Origin: the human T2T-CHM13v2.0 reference genome, Homo sapiens
Assembly (NCBI RefSeq): GCF_009914755.1
Contig: NC_060927.1
Strand: one strand, 5' to 3'
Length of the DNA stretch: 64,000 nt
The notes below the pieces were generated by a model. That model was not told where the DNA came from. It did no database searches and worked only from the letters and a program-made list of their open reading frames with translations. Shown here piece after piece: positions 41,561 to 56,448 of this stretch. The position numbers were made by a program, and so were the translations under genes. Position 1 is the first letter of the stretch. The number at the start of each line of letters is the position of its first letter.

Positions 41561-42995
41561 TCTCAGCATCCAGCTGCCACACCCTTCCAGGAAGCAGCCT
41601 GTGATGGGATTAGGCCCCAGATGTTTACACTAGAGAGAAAGGGCCTTAAGACAAAAGGAAATCCTGGATGTGTGTCTGTTCAGGACAGAGGTGGGAGGAA
41701 AGCGAGAATGAGAATGTATCAGTTAATTCTTCAAAAATTCTGCTTGCCACCCAGTCCTATGCTACCAAAGAAATGTTTGAATTGTTATATGTTAAAGACT
41801 GAAAAAGGGCCTTCAAAAGAAACAACACATTTGGATAATATCTTATTCTGCAAGGGGCTGCCCTGGTGAGTGCTCAAGCTGGGGTCTTTACAGGTTCCTC
41901 TGTGACACAAAGTGGAGATTCCCAATTCTTCCTCTTACAAGACGCAAAAAGCTTCAAGGAGAAGCTTGGGAGGACAGCTGAGCTGGCGAGCGTTAATAAA
42001 CACTGGAACCAATGGGCCAGCGGAATTGGTGGATCATAGCTAATTAAACTGTTTTTTCTTCTCTGACCCCCTGGCTCTATTAAACATAGATGATCTTAGT
42101 GAATTAAGTTTTGGCTGACTTGATGGTGTCCTGTCAGCAGCAGCAGCACTGGAGTCAGGAGGCCTGGGTTCTAATTCCGGGTGTGTCTCTAACTAGCTCC
42201 ACGACCTTGGGCAGTCCCAGCCTTTCTCTCAGCCTCTGCTTCCCTATTTACCTAACAAAAGGACTGGACTCATTTGCACAGGCCTCTAAATACTCAGTTC
42301 TATATTTCTTCAATTTCATACCAATACAAATATTTCCCCTCTTTCTATTTATCTACCTCTGAATTTTACTTTTTGAATGACTTCAGTCCTCATCTTCTCT
42401 TTATTTTTTCTCCTCATCCTATCTGCTCAGCCAAGCAAGGCATAGCACTTGTCCAGCCATTTTCCAGACTCTTGACTTGGGTTTACAGAGTACGTTCTGC
42501 CCACTGCATGTGTTCAGGAGTTGAGCCTCCTTGGCTAGGACTCCAGCAGCCAACAGACCTTGGCATCTGCGCTGCCTAGGACACTTTCCAGGGCCGAAGA
42601 AGGATGAGACCTTCAGACTCTGATGCATGTGATGCTATCCTGTTACCAAAACTGTAGCATCCTTCAACAATGTTACCTGTTTGGATGATCCTATGTATGA
42701 AATTAATTTTTCAAAAGGGAAAGTAAATTCAAAGATAGGGTAAGCAGTGACCAAACTAAGGCCATGCCAGTCATTCTGACAGGAAGGAAATCCTTCCAGT
42801 CTTTGCAGTCTTGGCACAGCTCAACATTTTGTATCTGCTTTCAGGATGTTCTTGGATCCCTTGAAGTCAATAAACCTCATAATAAGGGCCTTGAGATATA
42901 TATACATACATATGAAACAAAGGTCAGGATTTTTCTCCTCAAAGACAAAACATCTGGATGAATGGCTGAGTTTTCCACTTAAGAAATGATGTCTT

Positions 42996-43288
42996 GGCCG
43001 GGCACGGTGGCTCACACCTGTAATCCCAGCACTTTGAGAGGCATAGGTGGGTGGATCATGAGGTCAAAAGTTCAAGACCAGCCTGGCCAAGATGGTGAAA
43101 CCCCGTCTCTACTACAAATACAAAAATTAGCCAGGAGAGGTGGCAGGCAGCTGTAATCCCAGCTACTGAGGAGGCTGAGGCAGGAGAATTGCTTGAACCC
43201 TGGGGCACAGAGTTTGCAGTGAGCCGAGATCGTGCCACTGCACTCCAGCCTGGGCGACAGAGTGAGACTCCATCTCAAAAAAAAAAAA
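42996..43288 (+). mobile_element. AluSg-like
   Basis: Full dimer with poly-A. Confidence 0.93.
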
Positions 43289-43711
43289 GAAATGTTGGCT
43301 GACTTCACCTTAGCTCAGATGGAGTGATGAGCTACCCAGTCCCAACTTCCCAGGCACCCTTGAACAAGGGGCCAGGGGTACATGGCAGCCTTGTCTCTAT
43401 CAACCTGTGAAGTTGCTTATGGTGTTAAAATGTTGCCAGAGATCAAGGATGTCCAGACAAACACCAGCTAAATCTAAAAAGAAGTCAGAAAACTAATACA
43501 AGCTTAAAATACCAATTTCAGCACAGATATGCTTATCTTTTAGACTTACTTTATTTACCCACCTCACATGACATGGGGAAGAATTCCTGAAGAACGTTTT
43601 CCCACTGATTGTTTAAAATCCTTCCTCTCAATAAAGTCCTTTCTAAGTACACATGGTTCCGTTTCATTCTCTGGCTCATCCTCTTAATCACCTGCCTTTA
43701 GCGTCTCTAAT

Positions 43712-43900
43712 TTACTTATTTGTCAGTATTTATTGAGCATCTGCTATGGGCCAGGCACCAGGTTAAGATGGCAGGAAGCCGAATGAGACACGGTCCTGAC
43801 CTGCGAGGGCTCGTGGTTGAGTCACAAAAAACTACACTGAAAGAATGGCAAATAGCGAGATGTGTGCCAGGAAAAGACACGTGGCAAGTAAACTCACTCC
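43712..43900 (-). mobile_element. L2 fragment
   Basis: tatttattgagcatctgctatgggccaggcacc. Confidence 0.65.
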
Positions 43901-46094
43901 TGGAGGAAATCAAGAAAGAGAATGGTTGGGTTTTCTCAATAATCCATAGACTATCAGGGCCAGAAGAGACTTTACAGATTATCTGTTCTAACCCCCTCAT
44001 TTTATAAACGGAAAACAGAGAGGGGAAGAGCCACACAGTTTTAAAGCTGGGGCCAACGCGTAATGAATTCTTTCTCTTTTCCTGGCTGATAATTTGTTGT
44101 GTGTCTCTCAAATTGTCTCTTGAGGTAGGTAAAATAGAAATCATCAGTATACCACTGAAAGAAATCTATTTTGTTTTCTGACTAAAAATCTACAAGATAT
44201 ACCTCATCAACATTTGTTTGAAAATGTGACTATTCTTTGAAGATTACTATCATCGATTCACATTCAGTGCCTTGCCTGGGTATTTTTAAGTTGTTCCTTA
44301 TTCCAGCATTCCTACCACTAGTCTCAGCTATCACAGTCCTTTATAGAAAACGTCATCATGATTCTTGTTGTTTCTCTACATTTACATAGCACCTCGGAGT
44401 TTAAGAAGCATTTTCAGATCCATTGCTTCCACTGGGGGAGTCAAGTTGTTGGCTTGATAGCTTTAGAGGGACATGACAAGTAGAAGGAGGTTTGGAAAGG
44501 AGCAAAGCACGTGGTGACAGTGCTGGGGAACAAGACCTACAAAGCCGGGTGACAGGAGTAGGACGCCTGGGACTGCTCTTGTGGGGCCAGATCACCAGGG
44601 GAGGGCTAGGGAATGGATTTCTAGTCCATGAAGTCTAGTGAGCGGAAAGGAAACACATCAATAAACACATCAATAAACATACTGAATAATGCCTGTGTGC
44701 AGGGCACCATGCTAAGTGGATTCAAAGATGAGTGATCAACGTACCCCCTTCAAAGAATGTTTTGGATTTCTGTTCAATCTCCTTAAGCCACCGGGAGTGG
44801 AAGGCATGAGTGAGCAGAAGCCACTGAGCAGAGAGAAGTGGATGTACCAAGCTCCTGCTGTGTGGCCTCGGCTTCTCCAGGAGGTTTGGACTTAACCCCT
44901 ATTAGTGACTCAGGCTAAGGCTCTTCATGGAAGAATGGGCTGCCTCCCCGGGACTTGCTGGAAGGTGACATGGGTGCATTTAGGCAGAGTGGAGGGTGAT
45001 CTGTCATGGAAATGGTAGACCCTGGTCCTTTCCCTTGAACATCTCAGGTTGAACACTGGGGCGGTGCTTCATTATGAGCCATTAAGTGGATTCTCATGAG
45101 TGAGTTTCTGTTGGCCTTATAGACAATGGGGTTTTAATCATGTTTATCTAGGCTAAGAGAGGACAAGAGGACCATTTGTGTACTTTCAAAGAATCAGGGC
45201 CCCATGGCTGAGTGCTGCTGGGGACGTAGAGGAGCAGCTAAGAGAGCCCAGAGGATGATCACGGAACTGGGACAGGGAGCGCCCAAAACCATGTGAGAGG
45301 CCATGGGTGGGGGGTGACTGAGAAACAAGCTACTAACCACCTTGAAATACATGAAGGGTAAGAAGAAACTCCCACAGGACTCTCAAATCAGAATGTAAAG
45401 GTAATGCAGGGAGGGGAATGGACGCAGGAGCTGGAGGAGTATAGAATTGTTACAAAGCAACCGTGAAGATGAAGACTTTGGAAAGGAAGGACACATTGGA
45501 ACTAGCCTCACACAGCTGTTAGACTAGTCGTGGGAACTTCAGACCCACTACAGTGCTGCATGTTTCTGGATAGCAGGTCTTCTTGCTAATTTAAAATAGC
45601 CCCTGGCTCTCTCACCAGATTGGCCACAACCTCCCAGCAGACCCCCTGGCCTCCCTGTGCTGGCCCCAACTACACTCTCATCCTCCTTTCCCACTTCTCC
45701 CACCTCATCTTGCAGATTCCCTCTTCCATAGCCTCTTTCTGGATCTCTCCCACGGATGTCTCATCCTTCAAGGCTCACCTAACGTGCTACCTCCTCCAGG
45801 AAGCCTTTCCTGATCCATGCCACCAGATGGTACATGCTCCCTGCGGGAACCCATATAGCACATTGTGCCTCTTTAAGGCACTTTGACTTCCTCCTGCATT
45901 CTAACAAATTGTGTGCTTGTCTGAGCTCTCACCCCCACCTCTCCTTAGAAAACTTCAAGGGCAGAGACCTGATCCTTTCATTTGTGTATTCACAGTGCCA
46001 GGGCAGGAACCAGTGTGCCATAGACACTCAATAAATGTTAAATTGCATTTCAGCCAATGCATACCTTGGACAAAGTTTCTGTGTTCCTTTAGAG

Positions 46095-46300
46095 GTTATG
46101 ACCGAGACTCGGGCTTAAACACTTGCCTCTGTCACTAGCCAGGTGATCTAGGGTAACTTAATTCATCTCTGCACCTAGGTTTTCTCATCTGTAAAATGAG
46201 CACAACAGGACCTACCTCCAAAGGACACTGTGGTAGTCTTCATAAAGCCCTTAGTAGATTGTCTGGACACACTGTGAATGCTCAGTAGATGTAAGACAGG
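46095..46300 (+). mobile_element. MIR (an L2 3' end lies just upstream, about 45740-46040)
   Basis: ctctgtcactagccaggtgatctagggtaacttaattcatctctgcacctaggttttctcatctgtaaaatgag. Confidence 0.75.
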
Positions 46301-48530
46301 GTTAGCAATGTGCAGTATAAGGGACATAATTTCCTTTCGATTGCCAAGAGTGCAGTGATTCATATGCTCCTTTTCTACCTGGCAGTCTTTATCTTCTGTA
46401 AAGCACATCTTTGCACAAAGCAGCTTCATATCATTTCAATGCTGTTAGATATCTGGGCGCCATATACACAGGAATGCTAGTAGGCAGTTTGTTAACTAGG
46501 AATCAAATATACCAATCAAAGAGATTTTCCTCAAAGTGATTTGCCAATTCATCCATCCATCAAGCCTGTGCCATTACAAGCTGCGTGAGTCCTCCAAGGC
46601 CTGCGAAAATGAAAATGAACAAAACCAAACCCCTGTTCCCATGTTGATCACAGCCTCCCCGGGCAAATATAGCAAAGACCTAGATAGAACTATAAAAAGA
46701 GGCTGCGAGAGTCCAAAGAGGAGAGTGGCCGCCCCTGTGCATGGTGAGGAGAGGTTGGGGAAGTGGGAGCGCCAGCAGGCCTCATGGAAGAGGGGGTGTG
46801 CAGCTGGACCCTGCCAGGTGAGTAGGAAGAAGTTTGTCAGAGAGAGGAGGTAGAAGCATCTCCAAAAACAGGAAGCAGCAAGTGCAAAGAGACAGAGTCC
46901 TTGAGTCCACATTCGGCAAATGCTGAGGTTGGTGGCCCTAAAAGGCCCAGAAAATCAATCCACATTCTTCTAATACTGATGTGGATTTTATTTAAAATAG
47001 AAACACTTCCACCAAATTAGTTATGAATCCCAGAAGAGATTATCTTATTGCTAAAATAAATGTTCTTTTCTTATTTCTTCCAAAATGATTTGATGGTTAT
47101 TTTTCTGAAGCATATTTCTGATTTCTCTTGAAAACAAGTGCCTTCAGAAAGTCCATGTCAGCCAAGGAGAAACAACTCAAAAGTAGCCCAGGATCACAAC
47201 TATTTAGCCCCACCAAGGATCAAATTCTTCATATTCTCTAAACTACCCCCCCAGCACATGGAGTGATTTCAGCTCTTCAAAGCCAGTAAAGAGATAAGTT
47301 CATTGAAACTCAAGATGACAGGCACAGAGCTCATTATATCTGGTTTCATTTGTTCCTTCAGTTATTCTCTGAGGACAGTGGACAGTGAATGCAGCCAGAC
47401 GTCTCTTTCAGAAGAGCACAAATGGAGGAGGAAATTTTGTTCATAACTTTGCTGGGAGAATGTTTGGCCAAATGCAGTGGCCTGAGGCCAGAAAATGCCA
47501 TTTTTTATCTCCAGTGCAGACAGGCAGAGAGGAGGTGTAATGGATTTAGCAAGATAAAGACTTGGACCCACAGAAAAAGAAACACACACACATCCACATG
47601 CACACGTGATCCTCACGGAAAATTAGACTTCACTTCCACCTCTTGAGGTGGGAATTGTAGTCTTACTGAAATTACAGAGACGAAGCTACGGTCATATTAC
47701 ACAAAGCTGTATCTATCAGTGAAGGGTGGCCTCTTGGGAATGAACTATTTAAACAACAATTGCGTGTCCAGAATTCATGATGTGAGCAGATTTTTCCTGA
47801 AAGAGGCAACTTGGCCTGTTGGGATCAGAACTGTTGCTTATTTGATTGTTTTCCTTTTGGTCTCAGACGCTGGGGTCTCAGTGTCAGCTGGAGACTGAAA
47901 ACTTCAGCCTGCAGGGAGAGATGGGACAGAGGTGGCCCTGAGGGCCTCTGAGTCCTGGCTCCAGGTGTCCCATTCGTCGGCCCTTCCTGTGCTTGGCTAT
48001 GCAAGCCAATCCATTCTCTGCGATTGCTTGAAATTTGTAAAAAAGAAAGAGAATGAGGCTTTGTCATCATTGTGAGCTTGAGTAAATCATTTCTCACTTC
48101 TAGACCTCGGGTTTCTCACTTGTTAAGAGGGTGGGGGTGGGAGACTAAGCAAATCCTCAGGTTCTTAAAATTTGTTGATTTAATTGATCTGGAAAAGGGA
48201 TTTTTTCCACCATTTTGGTTTAGGAATATTTTATGGGGCCCAGGATGCAGAGGTTCCTTGAGTTCCTCAGTGAAGGACCGCAGTGACTTCATGGTTGGGG
48301 TGGCAGTTAACCTGAGCAGCAAAGACTGCTGGGTAGAGCTAGGCGCTGCTTTTCAGAACCAAAGGCTTCACCTATTTGAAACTTGTATTATGGAGGCATG
48401 TTACAGAGGAAAGAGCACAAGACTTAGAATAATTGTCCTAGATTTGAGTCTAGCCACTAAACTAACTCACTGAGATTGTGGCCAGGGCACACCCCAATTT
48501 GGGGACTCAGTTTACTTGTGGGTGAAGTGA

Positions 48531-49103
48531 ATATGGGAGACAGACTCCCAGGAGGCTCCATGGTCCATGCTCCCTGGTGTACCCGCCCTTGTGGGATCCC
48601 TTCCCTCCAGTGTGGGTGGCACCTGTGACTTGTTTCTAACCAACAGAATATGGCGATGGTGGTGGACGTCAGTGTCATGATATTAATATATTCCAGCGGA
48701 CTTGAACACCCATCTTACTAGCCGACTTTTGCTGTCAACTGTCTCCCTTGCTGGCTTTGATGGAGTAAGCTGCCATAGAGAGAGGTCCTGGAGAAGAACT
48801 GAGGGTGGCCTCTGGCTGAGGGCCCACAAGAAGCTGAGGCCCTCAGGCCAACAACCCTCAAGGAACTGAATTCTGTCAACAACCACATGATTTTGGAAGC
48901 AGAACCTTCCCCGGTCAAGCTGCAGATAAGATCCCCAGCCCTGACTGACTCCCGGATTAAAGCACCGTAAGAGAATCTAAAACAGAGGAATCAGCTAAAC
49001 TGTGCCTGGACTCCTGACCCACAGGAACTGTGAAATAATAAATGTGCTGTTTAAAAGTACGAAGTTTGTGGTAATTTGTTATGCAGCAGTAGATAAGTAA
49101 CAC
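48531..49103 (+). mobile_element. MLT1F-family solo LTR
   Basis: cctgtgacttgtttctaaccaacagaatatggc...aaggaactgaattctgtcaacaaccacatg...gtttgtggtaatttgttatgcagcagtagataagtaacaca. Confidence 0.85.
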
Positions 49104-49355
49104 AACAAAGCAGTTATAACCTTCTGTACCTGACATCCTGTGAGCATGACAATACTCTTCTTATGATACCAGCATTACACATGTAACAGAAACCACTCCA
49201 TTATGACATACACAAACATATTGTAAGCTGCTGTTACTATGCTGGGTTGAGAATTATTCATCTTTCTAGAACTCCTAGGGTACTTGTTCTGTATTTAGAT
49301 TCTCATTTAATCAGGACTCATTTCCAGGCTTCTTCCTGCTGATTGTAAATACCAT

Positions 49356-49743
49356 GCTCACACACACAGGTCCACATTCACACATACAGATCCACATTCA
49401 CACACACAGGTCCACACACACACACACACAGGTCCACGTTCACATACAGATCCACATTCACACACACAGGTCCACACACACACACACAGGTCCATGTTCA
49501 CATACAGATCCACATTCACACACACACAGTTGCACACTCACACACACAGGCCCACACTCACACACACAGGTCCACACTCACACACACAGGCCCACACTCA
49601 CACACACACATCCACACTCACACACAGGCCCACACTCACACACACAGGTCCACTCTCACACACAGGCCCACACTCACACAGGCCCACGTTCACACACACA
49701 GGTCCACATTCACACACAAGATCCACACTCACACACACAGGTC
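49356..49743. repeat. CA-rich VNTR, units like cacacacagg(t/c)ccaca(t/c)tca
   Basis: About 390 bp of 18-22-bp imperfect units. Confidence 0.95.
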
Positions 49744-50769
49744 CTGCATCTCGCTGAATTTAATTAAGGATCAACCTGAAATAAAATGGCTCCAACAGGG
49801 CAGAGGATGCCTCTGAGAGGTTCTGAGGACAGGAGCAAGAGACTTTGGTGTTATTTGGTGTTGTTGGTCCTGACAGTCAGGGTCAAGTAGAAGAATATGA
49901 ATCAATGAAGCTTGAGGAAAAATTAGAAAATTAGTCTAGCAAGGGGAGCCCCATTTCTGTGCAGAAACATATGGCCACCTATAACCAGCAGCTAAAGATA
50001 TTGGACTTCTTTTAACATACAGAGGTGCCCAGAACAAGTGTAAGGGCCTCAGTGAGCTGCAAGTTAACGTTTTGTTGCTTTCCAAGTCTGCTTTTCTGGA
50101 ATCCTGACATCCCCTACAAATAAAATCAACATTGTGGACTGTCTCATTTTAGCCATGAAAGGAATGGACCTAAAGTCTGGTTAGTGTCTGAGGTGGTGGT
50201 TGTCGAAGGTTCCAGAGAGGTGCCAAGGAAATATGGCTCAGCCGCATCTCCATGAGGAGGAGTAAGTCCATGCTTCTGCCCACAGGGGCCTTCTAGGCTA
50301 CCGGTGAGCTGTCACTTCCTCTTCCAGGAGAGTTTGATGGGTGCTGGTGCAGCAGCCGACTTAGGAACCAGAGGAGGTGAAGACACCCAGGAGATCAGAG
50401 CAGGGCTGGGGAGTGAGGAGAGCAGCGCTTAGTGCTTTTGAATGATGAATTCCTGCCCTTAGAGACTTAGTAGGTGGCGTCATTTCCTCCCGGGTATCCG
50501 TCCCCCCAACACCTGCTTTGTCATTAAAGGACGATCCACCTCTGCCGAAGAAGAACTTAAAGGACAGGCATGTAAGACGCATTAAATGACAAAATATAAC
50601 CTGATGAACAAAGGCAAGGGGGCAGTCTCGGTTCATTGAGCCAGGGGGATTTGGGTAAACTTCCCAGGGGCATCCCTGGTGACCCCTCCAAAACCCCAGC
50701 AAGAGGCTGAACTGGGCAAGGGTTAACTGGCATTTCTTGATGAAGTGATTTCAGCTCTGAAAGTCTGAT

Positions 50770-51355
50770 GCTCGCGGCCCCAGCAGGAGGCCCCTGGAGT
50801 CCCAGGTTTGGGACAGGGCGAAGTGCCAGGCGGTCTCCTGGCCTCGGTCCCTGACAGCGAGGGCAGCAGCGAAGGCAGCCGCGGGGGCGGCGCTGGAGCC
50901 GACGACCGGGCGGGGAAAGCCCGAGACGCGGCCCGGGCCCGGGGTCTCGGAGGCTCGGGGACTCCGGCGCGGGCGTGTCTCTGCCCCACGCCGCCCACAG
51001 CAGCCGACCCGGCCCCGGGGGTAGATGATCCGCGGCGCGGAGCCCCCTGGCCCGGGCCTGCCTTTGTGGCGCGGCGGCGCGGCCGCCTTTGTCCCTCCGG
51101 CGCGCACGCCCCGCCGCGCGCCGCCTTCTGCAAGGATCACCCCCGCCGCGGCGCTACCTGGCCCTTTGTCACCAGCTGCCAAAGAATTCAGAAAATCAAA
51201 TTTATTTCCCGATTACGGCCGGAGCGCCCCTTTGTGCAGAGGGGTCTCTTTAACTGCTGAGATTCCAGCAGACACTGTGCAGCCCTTTATGGCGCAAAAT
51301 AAAAGCCGTCCCGCTTCTTGCCCCGGCCCCCGCCGCCCCTCCCGGCTCCCCTGAC
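50770..51355. promoter_or_regulatory. CpG island (candidate lncRNA promoter or orphan-CGI enhancer)
   Basis: Very GC-rich, non-Alu, dense CpG (many CGCG/GCGC), GC boxes (ccccgcc). Confidence 0.9.
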
Positions 51356-53019
51356 TTCCAAGCCCCTGTGGGAACCTGGGAGGGACGCTCTTCTCTCAAT
51401 AAAAACGCTTATGAGCCCGAAGACATTGGGGCTTGAGTGTCTTGCCAGCTAAAGGGGATAAATCAATGGGCATCTTGAGTTCGGGAGGGTGTATTTCCCT
51501 TTTTTTCTGGGAATGAATAGATGAATGGTAACTCCGTTTCTTACCAGCCCAGCACTGTCCGAAACTCGCCTGGACAAGTCCAACTTCATTCTTTTCAGTA
51601 CGACTAGCTCCTGTGCGCTGCAGAAGACTCGGGCTGATCTGAAAGCGCCTCTCCTATTCGAGACTCTCAGGTTTTAAGTAGGTCTTCCGCACCTGCAGAT
51701 GAAAAAAGATGTGGCTATTATTTTCCTCGATTACGTTGACATTGCCTGAAAATGAATACAAAACATTGCCTTGCAAAGATTTTTTACCTTTTCTTTATTT
51801 CTTTCTTTTTTGTGTGTGTGATTGTGCAGGGAAATAAATGTATGTCTTTTATATTTTTGAGAAAAGTCTAGAGTGACCACATGTTCACAGCACGCATTCC
51901 CACACTTCTTGTCCACTCATAAAGCAATGGATAAGAGAGACGGATATGCACAAATCTACTAACCCATCAACATCAGCCCAATAATAAATGCTCCCATGAA
52001 AACAGTTACAAAGGCCATCATAATTTGTACTCTCATTATAAAATATTTAGCAGTATAACTTGAATTATATAGTCATGGAAGGAAGAAATCTGTATTGGAA
52101 GAATTAGGCCCATTAATTGTAAATCATACATGTTATAAGGCTTTTGCAAGCTCTTAAGAATAATAATACATAATACATAGATATTTAGCACTTAGGATTT
52201 TTTTTCACCATCTCTTTTTTTTTTTAATCGTGAGAATTGAAAGACGCCACTCAGTCATTCTGTGACTACAGGAAGTGATTATAAATCAATGCCACAGTTG
52301 CTAACAGACGGCATTCCTCTCTTTATACACATCTGTGTGTCTCCTCACACACAGGCGTACATGCACACACATATGCACACACACACACAAGTGCTTGGCC
52401 CACTCAGCCTCCCCATAATTTCACAAAAGAGTGACTCTAATGTTTGCTGCCTCGTGGGGAGCCGGTGGGCACAGCAGTGGATTGGATACCTACACCAGAG
52501 AAGGCCTGAGAGGCGTAATCAAATAAGGGAACCACTTGAACTGAACTCCCAGCAGGAGCGGGAGGGAGGCCTTGAGAGGTTACACGTAGTTTTTATCCAG
52601 CCTTGCAGGAGAGCACCAACTTCCTGCTGCTAGAAATTTGTCTGCAAATTTTTTCCTCATTCAGACAGAGAGCTGGGGTCCAGGAAACACTGGGTTGATA
52701 TGATAACTTGATTAAGTCTGGGGACAGATGACACGGGAGCACCAACTCGACTCAAAGGAACCTGTGCTCTCCTCTTTAACCTCTCCTTGGGAGCCTACAA
52801 ATTATATCTATTAATGCATCAGCCCCGGGAACTGCACAAAGACATTGTCTGCCTAAATGTATGTCAGTCATTTGCAGGGGCCTTTGTGGAATTCCCACCA
52901 CATTTTCATGTCTCTTCGCTATTTGAAAAAATAAAATGTAAACTGATGGGCTAGACAAAGGCTCACAGTCTACCTCCTCTCGTTAAAATCGCTTTGAAGG
53001 CAGAAGTCAAGTTCATCAG

Positions 53020-53300
53020 CAAAAGTGTTCAAGAAATTCTTGAAATGGGCCCTGGGCAGCTGGAGCATATCCAGGGGAGAGAAACTACAAGGAAGAAGGG
53101 TTTGGAAACTGCATCCAGTGAAGCATGGATGGAAAACCCAGGGATTTGCCTGGAGAAGAGAAAACACAGAGAGGACTTGGGAGCTGAAGAAGTGCCAACG
53201 GGAAGAAGGATGAGAGTTTGCTGTGGGTCTCGGGACAGAGCCCAGGGAGAGACAGGCGTTCGCCAAGTGCCAGCAAAGTGACTGGATGAAAAATGGGCCA
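53020..53300 (+). mobile_element. L3/CR1 LINE fragment
   Basis: ctggagcatatccaggggaga...ggtttggaaact...gcctggagaagagaaaac resembles the CR1/L3 ORF2 C-terminus. Confidence 0.6.
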
Positions 53301-53442
53301 CGTGCTGGGGCCGCCCCTGCGGATGTGAGGAAATCAGTAGCGTGGCCACAGCTGCACAAATCACAGCTGCCTCTCCTGGTGTCTGATCCAGGAGACAGCC
53401 GGCCATTGAGAGGCTGGTAAACCTCAGCTCCAAATAACGTGA

Positions 53443-54504
<1,062 letters not shown>

Positions 54505-54881
54505 CAAATGCCATTTTAAACAAGACTGCAAAGCAAGAAAAGCCTGAGGTCATGAAAGGTGTTGTCTTCAGCCAAGACTGAGAAGAGTTTCTGGGACTTG
54601 ACAGTTTCTAGCTATTGTCCTCACCTTCCCCAGACAGCACAAGTTGCATCCTCGTTCCTCTCACTGATGGGCAGGGGGCATATACTGAGATTGATCTAGG
54701 GCGGCCTGGGATTCTTCATGAGCAAGAATATCCATCTTAGCAAAATGGGTATTGGCATCATTCCAGCTTACTCAAAATATGTGTATTCCCATCTACTGAG
54801 CTCCCACTATGGGCTGGGCCTTGTGGGTAGACAAGGGGCCATAGGCTGAGAGAGATGAATTTGATGAGGGACCTGTCTTTA

Positions 54882-55238
<357 letters not shown>

Positions 55239-56050
55239 TTAAAAAGTAATAAATTATGAAACCATAAGTCAGTCTTCAACAAACACTTGGGAGTCACCTG
55301 CTGTGCTGGCTCTGGGCTGGTGCTGACATGGTGGGGAGATGGCTAGACAACCACAGAGAGAACGTGAAGGCCACCCATCTGAACCATGGGGAAAGAGGGA
55401 CAGAGCCTCCCACTCTGGAATAATGAGTCCCCTTTAGCAAAGAGGATATAAGGACAACGGAGAGGTTGGATTTGGATTTGGAACAGGTATTCCAAACCCC
55501 AGATCTGCTGCATCACCTTGGGACACAGAACCTGTCTCTGCCAGGTGTGCTCATGTGTCCTTATCATCTGACTTCAGGTGGCACTAAAGCTTCCAAGTCA
55601 AATCAAAGCCATCAGAACACAGAATGCTGGTGCTGGGAGGCCCTTTAGAGGTCACGGTTCACTCCATCCCAAGTACAGATGGAGAAACAGAGACCCAAGC
55701 TAAGATAAATCACTGTCTCAAAGTCACAGGGAAAACACGTTTGCCTCCCACTACAATTCATATTATATGATGTCAGTCCCTCATTTATTACAGGTTCTTA
55801 TTACATAATAGAGACCTATTTATTTATGATATTAGCTTTGCAGGGATAAGATTAGCAGATTCCCTGTAGTCTCAGCAGGTTAATCAGACTTTGCCTGTGA
55901 GCAGCTGTTACATTTGGAGAGACACATTTTTAATCCAGAAGTTGTCTAAACTTTATGATAAAAACAGTAGACCGTGTTATGATAGGGCCTTATGTTATTA
56001 GGACTCACTCATCTTCTATATCAGGTTGTTTATTTTTCTATTTGTTAGGC

Positions 56051-56448
<398 letters not shown>

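Noticed and set aside
49354-49767. His/Thr-rich ORFs
   Set aside because: Translation of the CA-rich VNTR.
50723-51354. Four overlapping 109-150 aa ORFs on both strands
   Set aside because: Expected from stop-codon scarcity in a CpG island; Ala/Gly/Pro/Arg-rich with no recognisable domain.
52994-53281. 95-aa ORF with protein-like composition
   Set aside because: Best explained as an L3/CR1 ORF2 remnant.
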